Assembly: GCA_000025185.1 (NCBI GenBank)
Contig: CP001848.1
Span: 5,160,001 to 5,192,000 of the forward strand
Reading direction: 5' to 3'
DNA from: Pirellula staleyi DSM 6068
GTDB lineage: Bacteria > Planctomycetota > Planctomycetia > Pirellulales > Pirellulaceae
Length of the DNA stretch: 32,000 nt
The position numbers and the translations under genes were made by a program. Shown here in pieces: positions 25,955 to 32,000 of the stretch; position 1 is the first letter of the stretch, and each line of letters opens with the position of its first letter. The notes beneath the pieces were generated by a model. That model saw nothing but the letters and a program-made list of their open reading frames with translations, was not told where the DNA came from and did no database searches.

Positions 25955-26371
25955 CTATTTCGTGGTGGCTTTCTCGTCTTCGGTCAGTTCTTCGAGCGTT
26001 CCCACTTGCGAGATCGCCGAACGGAGCACCTTGATTTTGGTCCCCGTTTTGTCGTCGACCCGAATGGTCACGAACTTGGCCTCGGCGGAGATGTTCACCA
26101 CGGTGCCGGCGATACCGCCGATCGTGACGACATGGTCGTTCACCTTGAGACTCGCAAGAGCAGCTTCCTTCTCTTTGCGTTTCTTTTGATCGGGGCGGAT
26201 CATGATGAGATAGAACACCATCACGATGGCCACGATGGGGAGAAAGGTTAAGTACGACTCAAGGCCCCCGGCGTCACCTTTGGGTGCCGCACCTTGCTGA
26301 GCCAAGAGGTGCCAAAGCCCATCTTGCCCTAGGAGCGCCATTGCCGAAGCCAAACTAATAACACCCACCAT
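25955..26371 (-). CDS. yajC: preprotein translocase subunit YajC
   Basis: The YajC core is LPIVAIVMVFYLIMIRPDQKKRKEKEAALASLKVNDHVVTIGGIAGTVVNISAEAKFVTIRVDDKTGTKIKVLRSAISQV. It lies between tgt and secDF. The start is ATG 26371 (MVGVISLASAMALLG...) or GTG 26419. The N-terminal extension carries an extra hydrophobic segment. Confidence 0.88.
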   Translation of the reverse strand: MVGVISLASAMALLGQDGLWHLLAQQGAAPKGDAGGLESYLTFLPIVAIVMVFYLIMIRPDQKKRKEKEAALASLKVNDHVVTIGGIAGTVVNISAEAKFVTIRVDDKTGTKIKVLRSAISQVGTLEELTEDEKATTK

Positions 26372-26689
26372 GACAGACTTTCGTACGACAACCGATCGCA
26401 GGTTGCTGCCGGAATTCACCGGCCGCTGGGGGGACTGCCTTCGCTGAGCTGCCTGAAAAACGGAAAACGCCCGGGCGCGGTTAGGCCGAGAAATCTACAC
26501 GAGCAGACTTCCGACATGGCCTACCGGTCGGGCAAACTTTGCTGAGTGTAAGACTTTAGGTCGAGATGGACAAGGGCAAGGGAGCCACGAGCTAGCTCCT
26601 CAGGGAGGCCACCCTCGGAGGGGCGCGCGAGATGTTGCGATAGGCGCACGACTGTTTTCGCTGTCGATCCGAGCGCGACGCTGCCCAGC

Positions 26690-27811
26690 TCAACCGCCGG
26701 CGGCTGTCCAGCCTGCTTTTTTCCGCTGATAGAAGGTCTCGAACTCCCCCGCTTCGATGGCGGCACGAGCTTCGGCCATCAGCCGCTGGTAGTAGGTGAT
26801 GTTGTGGGCCGTCAGCAGCATCGGCCCAAGCATCTCCCCGGCGATGAAGAGGTGGCGGATGTAGCCCTTGCTGTGGCGACAAGCAGGGCAGGGGCAATGC
26901 GGATCGAGTGGCTCGCGATCGAGCTGATACTTGTTGTTGCGGAGGCGTATCGGCCCTTGGTCGGTGAATGCTTGAGCATTTCGCCCGTTACGGGTCGGTA
27001 GCACACAGTCGAACAGATCGACGCCGCGACGAATCGCCTCGAGCAGATCGATCGGACGCCCAACCCCCATCAGATACCGGGGCTTATCGACCGGCATGGC
27101 GGGCATCACGGCATCGAGCACGGCGTACATTGCTTCGGGGGTCTCGCCGACACTGAGACCGCCAATCGCATAGCCCGGAAAGTTCAGCTTGGCGAGTTCC
27201 CCAGCGCACCAGACCCGCATCTCGGGGTCGAGTCCCCCTTGCACAATCGCGAACTGAGCCTGGTCGTCGCGCGTGGCAGCTTCCTGGCATCGCTTGGCCC
27301 AGCGGATCGAGCGCTCGCAAGCATCGCGAACCACTTCCTTAGGACTCGGAAGCTCGACCACATGATCGAGCACCATGGCCACGTCGCTACCCAGGTTCTC
27401 TTGAATTTGGATCGCTTTTTCGGGCGAAAGATCGAGCAAACTGCCATCGATATGCGAGCGGAACATCGCCGACTGCTCGGTGATTTTTCGCTGACTGGCG
27501 AGACTGAAGACCTGAAACCCACCGCTGTCGGTCAGGATCGGGCCGTCCCAGAGCATGAAGTTGTGCAGGCCGCCGTGATGCCTCACCACTTCGTCGCCGG
27601 GGCGAAGTGCCAGGTGGTAGGTGTTCGACAACACCATCTGGGCACCGGTGGCTCGCACCATGTCGATGGTCAAGCCTTTGACCGTGCCGAGCGTGCCAAC
27701 CGGCATGAACGCCGGCATTTGCACCTCGCCATGCGGCGTGCAAAAGACGCTGCGCCGCGCTGCTGTGGTTGAGTCGTGGGCCAGTAGCGAAAACGAGAAC
27801 TGACTGGCCAT
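26690..27811 (-). CDS. tgt: queuine tRNA-ribosyltransferase
   Basis: 373 aa. The signatures are [57 protein letters not shown] and the zinc site [19 protein letters not shown] at 27811-27809. Confidence 0.95.
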   Translation of the reverse strand: MASQFSFSLLAHDSTTAARRSVFCTPHGEVQMPAFMPVGTLGTVKGLTIDMVRATGAQMVLSNTYHLALRPGDEVVRHHGGLHNFMLWDGPILTDSGGFQVFSLASQRKITEQSAMFRSHIDGSLLDLSPEKAIQIQENLGSDVAMVLDHVVELPSPKEVVRDACERSIRWAKRCQEAATRDDQAQFAIVQGGLDPEMRVWCAGELAKLNFPGYAIGGLSVGETPEAMYAVLDAVMPAMPVDKPRYLMGVGRPIDLLEAIRRGVDLFDCVLPTRNGRNAQAFTDQGPIRLRNNKYQLDREPLDPHCPCPACRHSKGYIRHLFIAGEMLGPMLLTAHNITYYQRLMAEARAAIEAGEFETFYQRKKAGWTAAGG

Positions 27812-27959
27812 CGGAGCTAACCTAGTGCCCCATCAAGCGATGGCGCGTTACAAGTTCTACCGTTCGAACCAAGACACTGCTGCACGTGCCGGCAGTGCCA
27901 CTCAGATGGCAGCACCGCCCAAGAGTTCGATAGCGAGCGTAGATACAGCAGAGCGAAAC

Positions 27960-29282
27960 TCAGTCACCTCGGAGCTTGATGCCGAGGGTCGTGAGCTTTT
28001 CGCGCACTTCATTGAGACTGGTAACGCCGAAGTTCTTGCACTCGAGAAGATCGTCGCCAGTCTTGCGTACTAGCTCGCCAATCAGGGTCAAACCAAGGCG
28101 AGCCATGCACTTGCGAGCACGGACCGAGAGGTTGAGTTCCGAGATTGGACGTTCGAGCAAAGCCTGTTCGTCGGGGGACATCGAAGCGAGGTCGAGCACC
28201 GGTTCAGCCACTGCTTTTTCAGCGGCGAATTGGCCGAGCTCAAGTCCCTTGCTATGCAGCATGTCGCGGATTTCGACGAGCGAGGTCTCGCCAAAATTCT
28301 TGCTCGCCAGCAGCTCTTGCTCCGAAGTGCGAGTGAGATCGCCGAGGGTGCGAACACCCATCTTCTGCAGGCAGTTGCGGCTGCGAACCGAAAGCTCGAA
28401 GTCGGTCACAGGAATGCTGAGAACCTGAGCCAAACGATCGTTGCGGCGCTGGGCTTCTTCGTCGAAGAGCATGTTGCCCGAGGCAGCAGCATCTTTCGAG
28501 TAGAGGCGAGCACGTGGGTGTTCGGGGAAGGCTTCGAGCACACGGTTGTAGCACTGCTGAGCACGGTCGTAGGCCTGACGATCTTCGTACAGGATGCCGA
28601 GATTGATCAGAGTGCCGACGTTCGTGGGGAATGTGCCAGCGGCTCGTTGATAGAGCTGCAGGGCGAGTTCGTCGTTGCCATGGCGATCGTTCTCGACCGC
28701 GAGGCCGAACAGGGCGCCAGGATGACGACCATCGGCTTCCACAGCACGTTCGAACAGCGCGACAACTTCCACCGGACTGCCACCAAGAGCAGCCACGGTT
28801 GCGCCGCGCTGATACAGGTATTCAGCGGTCTGCTCGACGGCGCCCGATAGCTTGTCGAGCGTTTCAATTGCCTTCTGAGGCTGTTTTTCGTAGCGCTGGG
28901 CTTCGGCCGTGGCGAGCGACGTGTCGTCGCTGTTGTAGCCGGCAACCTTCGCAGCGGCATAGGCCTTGATCGCGTCGGCGTACTGGCCCATCGCGAAGCG
29001 GGTTTTACCGAGGTAATAGTGAGCTACAGCGCCACCATCAGCCGACGAGAGAGTCTCGGCAGCAGAGCGGTAACGGCCGAGGAGGTAGTAGCAAACACCG
29101 AGTCGCACGGCAGCGGCTGGGGTGCGATCTTCGCGAACTTCCAGTTCGCCCACAGCATCGCGAAGCACGCCGAATTGGGCGTAATCTTCGGCAATGGTTT
29201 GCGAGAGATTGGTGATTTCACGAGGACCAAACGAAGAGTTCGACAAAACAATGTCGCGAATATCGACCTGCACACTCGCCAT
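27960..29282 (-). CDS. TPR-repeat protein with two C-terminal RNA polymerase alpha-subunit CTD-like (alpha-CTD) domains
   Basis: ATG 29282 has AGGAG 10 nt upstream. The central ~200 aa are TPR-like (YYLLGRYRSAAETL, YYLGKTRFAMGQYADAIKAYAAA, GILYEDRQAYDRAQQCYNRVLEAFPEH). The C-terminus holds two copies of the alpha-CTD helix-hairpin-helix. Copy 1 is PVTDFELSVRSRNCLQKMGVRTLGDLTRTSEQELLASKNFGETSLVEIRDMLHSKGLELG (about 28233-28430). Copy 2 is PISELNLSVRARKCMARLGLTLIGELVRKTGDDLLECKNFGVTSLNEVREKLTTLGIKL (about 27963-28163). Compare E. coli alpha: [58 protein letters not shown]. Confidence 0.85.
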   Translation of the reverse strand: MASVQVDIRDIVLSNSSFGPREITNLSQTIAEDYAQFGVLRDAVGELEVREDRTPAAAVRLGVCYYLLGRYRSAAETLSSADGGAVAHYYLGKTRFAMGQYADAIKAYAAAKVAGYNSDDTSLATAEAQRYEKQPQKAIETLDKLSGAVEQTAEYLYQRGATVAALGGSPVEVVALFERAVEADGRHPGALFGLAVENDRHGNDELALQLYQRAAGTFPTNVGTLINLGILYEDRQAYDRAQQCYNRVLEAFPEHPRARLYSKDAAASGNMLFDEEAQRRNDRLAQVLSIPVTDFELSVRSRNCLQKMGVRTLGDLTRTSEQELLASKNFGETSLVEIRDMLHSKGLELGQFAAEKAVAEPVLDLASMSPDEQALLERPISELNLSVRARKCMARLGLTLIGELVRKTGDDLLECKNFGVTSLNEVREKLTTLGIKLRGD

Positions 29283-29448
29283 ATTCCAAGTGCTCCTCTG
29301 GCTCGAATCACACAATACGTACTAGGCACGGCAAGCGGCATCGCGGCTCAGACCTGGAAGGACTGTGCTGTGATACCGGTCGGGCGGCGGGAAACCCCTT
29401 ACAAGGACTCAGCTTAGGAAAGCAAGTGACTTGCAAGGAGCGTAGAAG

Positions 29449-29522
29449 GGCCAGCGATGGGAGTCGAACCCATAACCCCCGCATTACGAATGCGGTGCTC
29501 TGCCAATTGAAGCTACGCTGGC
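29449..29522 (-). tRNA. tRNA-Thr (anticodon CGU)
   Basis: Minus-strand sequence GCCAGCG-TA-GCTT-CAATTGGCA-GAGC-A-CCGCA-TTCGTAA-TGCGG-GGGTT-ATGGG-TTCGACT-CCCAT-CGCTGGC-C folds as a complete cloverleaf. It has a 7-bp acceptor stem, a 5-bp anticodon stem with loop TT-CGT-AA, and a T-loop TTCGACT. No CCA is encoded; the sequence continues CTT. Confidence 0.92.
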
Positions 29523-29585
29523 CTATTTTGCCCGGAATTTATCGCCCGACTAATTGTCTGCCCGGAAATTCGACAAACTGGAAAG

Positions 29586-29612
29586 ATTATGGCAATCGCT
29601 GAAGGGCGTCAA
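29586..29612 (-). promoter_or_regulatory. sigma70-like promoter candidate upstream of tRNA-Thr
   Basis: The minus strand reads TTGACG (29612-29607), a 15-nt spacer, then CATAAT (29591-29586), about 65 nt upstream of the mature tRNA 5' end. The spacer is one to two nt short of optimal. Confidence 0.3.
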
Positions 29613-29770
29613 GTGCCCCGAAAGCGGAGAACTGCCACGACTTGAGTGAAAGAGCCCCATTTTGGAAGGCGGGTTCGCCCTGCAGCAAAATTGCACAAGC
29701 GCCCGATCGACCACCGCCCGAGGTTGCCGTGGTCCACCCTCCCAAAGCGTGACGGAAGAATCATAGCCTC

Positions 29771-29806
29771 TAAAAACGAACCATAGCCCAAGAATTGGGA
29801 GTTCGT
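29771..29806 (-). terminator. intrinsic-terminator-like hairpin (minus strand only)
   Basis: The minus strand reads ACGAAC-TC-CCAAT-TC-TTGGG-CTATG-GTTCGT-TTTTAG: an outer 6-bp stem and a nested 5-bp stem, then U4-5. The stem is relatively AT-rich, so strength is moderate. No U-tract exists in the plus orientation. Confidence 0.35.
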
Positions 29807-29889
29807 GAAGGGGGCAGAGCCGCTCGGCCAATCCAGCCTGATCGGCGGATTTTAGCGAGGGAGTTGGCACTCGGGGCAAGAATAAACGA

Positions 29890-29977
29890 GGGGTCTCTGA
29901 CGTCCTAGCGAACGCGCTAGAAGTGGCTGCATCCAGGGGCAAGTTGAAATGCAGCCAAAAGTTACGTCAGAGACCCC
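29890..29977. ncRNA. candidate structured RNA element: perfectly paired three-way junction (family unknown)
   Basis: GGGGTCTCTGACGT (29890-29903) is the exact reverse complement of ACGTCAGAGACCCC (29964-29977). The enclosed 60 nt form two perfect hairpins. One is CTAGCG/CGCTAG (29905-29910 / 29915-29920, loop AACG). The other is TGGCTGCAT/ATGCAGCCA (29924-29932 / 29949-29957, 16-nt loop). The element lies in an ORF-free island. The strand is not determinable from the pairing; the nearby minus-strand terminator favours minus. Confidence 0.4.
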
Positions 29978-30487
29978 GTCGTCGTCTCTCGCGAATATCA
30001 GGTCACAAAACAAGCGGCAAAAGCTCTCTCGAAGCCTCCACCATGTCCTGTCACGCTTATGGGACGAAAGCAGCTACTGTGCCGCACGCAAAAAACTTTT
30101 TACAAGCTGAAAGTTTTTCCATAAGTCTCTATGAAAGAACACCTTGCAACAATCACGTTTCTCACGCATCGAGATCGGAGCTAGCGGCCAATTGTGCAGG
30201 TCGTAGCTTATGTATCGAGGTGCAACAGGAAACGGAGTAGCAAAATGCAACAGACGAGGGGCTACCAACCAACCAGCAGGGGTCAGACTGGGCTTCAGCG
30301 TGTCGGCTGCTGTCATTCGGCTGAGCGACGAGCAGCTGGCGAGTTTATGAAGACCAGCCACTTACCCGGCTAGGCACAGCTAGCGCTCTGACGGTAAGAA
30401 TGCAGCAGCGGGGGAGCAGATCGGGGCTCGAGGGTCGAACTCCCCGATCATTTCAAAACGTCAGGCTCATCAGGCAAATAGTCCACG

Positions 30488-31453
30488 ATGCAGGCGGCCA
30501 GCGGAGTTATCGAGCGAAGTGGCAAGTCGTCCGCTGGTCGGCAAGTGCTCCTCTGGACTAATCCCAACGCTGGCTCCCATTCGCGAATCGATACGATTGG
30601 CGCGGTCGAACAGCACCTGATCATGGCTGGCTACACCGTCATCCGGCCTAGTTCCCCCGAAGATCTCGCCGCCCGAGCCACCGCTGGACAAGCCGATCAA
30701 TCGCTCCGAGCCGTCGTAGCTGCAGGTGGCGATGGAACGGTTGGGCTGGTACTGAACCAAACGCCTCCCGGCACACCGATCGTCGTCCTTCCGCTGGGAA
30801 CTGAAAACCTACTGGCCAAGTATCTCGAGCACTCGCGCGATCCAGCTGCACTGGTCCGCATCATCGAGGAGGGGAATCTCCTGTCGCTCGATGCGGGGAA
30901 TGCAAACGGGCGATTGTTCACACTGATGGCCGGGTGTGGTTTCGATGGCGAAGTGGTTCGGCGACTCCACCGGAAACGGCGTGGGCATATTGGCCACTGG
31001 TCGTATGCCAAACCGATCCTCGATGCGATACGTACTTATGAATATCCCTTGCTAACCGTCGATTACCGCGCGCCAGGGACACCGGAGGGAGCTTGGACCG
31101 GCACAGTGGAAGCTCGCTGGGTGTTTGTCGTAAATCTGCCCCGCTATGCCGGTGGACTCGCGATTTCCCCCACCGCAACGGGCACCGATGGCCTGCTTGA
31201 TATCTGCACCTTCAAAGAAGGGTCGCTACTTTCGGGATTGTATTACCTCAGCGCTGTTGTTTTTGGACAACAAGGGGCTGTTCACGATTTCGTGAAGGTA
31301 CAAGCGACTCATCTTCGGGTACAAACTACAGGGAAAGTTCCGTTTCAACTCGACGGAGATCCGGGGGGCGAATTGCCACTCGACATATCGATAGAACCGG
31401 GTCGGCTGACCGTGCTCGTGAGTGATCACTGGCTCGATCGTCACGCCCAGTAG
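30488..31453 (+). CDS. diacylglycerol/lipid kinase family protein (YegS/BmrU-like)
   Basis: 321 aa. The DAGK catalytic-domain pattern is RQVLLWTNPNAGS...VVAAGGDGTVGLVLNQ...IVVLPLGTENLLAKYL...GCGFDGEVV...DGDP. Confidence 0.85.
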   Translation: MQAASGVIERSGKSSAGRQVLLWTNPNAGSHSRIDTIGAVEQHLIMAGYTVIRPSSPEDLAARATAGQADQSLRAVVAAGGDGTVGLVLNQTPPGTPIVVLPLGTENLLAKYLEHSRDPAALVRIIEEGNLLSLDAGNANGRLFTLMAGCGFDGEVVRRLHRKRRGHIGHWSYAKPILDAIRTYEYPLLTVDYRAPGTPEGAWTGTVEARWVFVVNLPRYAGGLAISPTATGTDGLLDICTFKEGSLLSGLYYLSAVVFGQQGAVHDFVKVQATHLRVQTTGKVPFQLDGDPGGELPLDISIEPGRLTVLVSDHWLDRHAQ

Positions 31454-31509
31454 CGACACCTACGATCAACGATTGACCGCAGTCCCATTTGCGAGCGAGC
31501 CACCTAGGA

Positions 31510-32000
31510 ATGCCTGATTCGACGCCCACAGCCGCCCCATTGCCCACACCGATCGACGTCGGTCCTTATCGCTGTGGACCCGGCGAAAACCTGCTGCTCA
31601 TCGCCGGTCCCTGCGTGATCGAAGATGCCGATTTCACCGTGGCGATTGCCCACGAGCTCAAGCGAATCACCAGCGGTTTGCCGGTGAACTTGGTTTTTAA
31701 GGCCTCGTTTGATAAAGCCAATCGAACCAGCAGCGGCGCGTTTCGTGGCGCGGGTCTGGAAGGTGGTTTGAAGGTCCTCGATCGTGTGGTTCGCGAAACC
31801 GGCTTGCCGGTGACCACCGACATCCACGAGTCGTATCAAGCCGCGGCTGCGGCTGAAGTTTGCACGGTACTACAGATCCCCGCTTTTCTCGCGCGTCAAA
31901 CCGATTTGCTCGTCGCTGCTGCTCAAACAGGCCGCTCGGTGAATGTGAAGAAGGGGCAATTCATGGCCCCATGGGACATGGCCCACGTCGCCGGAAAACT
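31510..32000 (+). CDS. kdsA: 3-deoxy-8-phosphooctulonate (KDO8P) synthase, 5' part running off the window
   Basis: Absent from the ORF track because no stop falls in the window. Manual translation from ATG 31510 gives [157 protein letters not shown]. The KdsA hallmarks are present: [18 protein letters not shown](T)S, TDIHE, LQIPAFL(A/C)RQTDLL, VN(V/I)KKGQF. Confidence 0.92.
   Translation, partial: MPDSTPTAAPLPTPIDVGPYRCGPGENLLLIAGPCVIEDADFTVAIAHELKRITSGLPVNLVFKASFDKANRTSSGAFRGAGLEGGLKVLDRVVRETGLPVTTDIHESYQAAAAAEVCTVLQIPAFLARQTDLLVAAAQTGRSVNVKKGQFMAPWDMAHVAGK

Noticed and set aside
26456-26480. CGCCCGGGCG palindrome followed (on the minus strand) by TTTTCCGTTTTT between tgt and yajC, considered as an internal terminator
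   Set aside because: The palindrome leaves essentially no loop, so only about 3 bp could form. It is too weak to call, and tgt-yajC-secDF is normally co-transcribed.
29820-29830. Minus-strand TGGCCGAGCGG, which resembles the D-loop of class II tRNAs (Ser/Leu/Tyr)
   Set aside because: I could not fold the flanking sequence into an acceptor stem, anticodon arm or T-arm, so it is most likely a coincidence.
29865-29880. TGGCAC...GCAAG, which resembles a sigma54 -24/-12 promoter
   Set aside because: The GG-to-GC spacing is two nt shorter than the sigma54 consensus, and there is no TTGC element at the correct position.
30419-30449. GGGGCTCGAGGGTCGAACTCCCC, which superficially resembles a tmRNA 5' end or a tRNA T-arm (GGTTCGAAT-like loop)
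   Set aside because: Only a simple 8-bp hairpin (GATCGGGG/CCCCGATC) with a 15-nt loop can be drawn. There is no acceptor/T-arm geometry, no tag reading frame and no CCA-proximal 3' partner. A protein-coding gene starts 39 nt downstream, leaving no room for a ~350-nt tmRNA.
29449-30487. Possibility that the noncoding island next to tRNA-Thr is a remnant of an integrated mobile element
   Set aside because: There is no integrase or transposase gene or fragment, and I saw no direct repeat of the tRNA 3' end. The island abuts the 5' (promoter) side of the tRNA rather than the 3' end that integrases usually target.

Overview
This is a GC-rich, gene-dense chromosomal segment. Its protein architectures suggest a planctomycete (Pirellulales-like) genome, but that is inference only, since no database search was possible. 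The suggestive architectures are a SecDF fusion with a Pro/Glu/Ala/Lys-rich linker, a TPR protein carrying two RNA polymerase alpha-CTD copies, DUF2752, Tat-type signal peptides and a large membrane vWA protein. I can support 22 protein-coding genes plus one weak small-ORF candidate, one tRNA-Thr(CGU), several terminator-like hairpins and two sigma70-like promoter candidates. The content is mostly housekeeping and follows classical syntenies: xseA / xseB-ispA, tgt-yajC-secDF and rny-ymdB, plus dapF, tilS, kdsA, a YegS/BmrU-type lipid kinase and an MFS permease. I see no transposase, integrase, CRISPR array, toxin-antitoxin pair or recognisable defence or secondary-metabolite cluster, so I do not claim a new multi-gene system with confidence. 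The leads most worth a second look are: (1) a ~960-bp ORF-free island between tRNA-Thr and the lipid-kinase gene, holding a perfectly paired three-way-junction fold followed by a minus-strand intrinsic terminator, i.e. a candidate unclassified sRNA; (2) a TPR protein with tandem RNAP alpha-CTD domains at the head of the tgt-yajC-secDF gene string; (3) a translationally coupled GT-C glycosyltransferase and AsmA/TamB-like giant protein, followed by a small acidic protein; (4) a SecDF whose SecF periplasmic module appears duplicated and split by a ~195-aa low-complexity linker; (5) a ~930-bp apparently untranslated region upstream of rny. Many long ORFs in the track are antisense shadows of real genes and were rejected.
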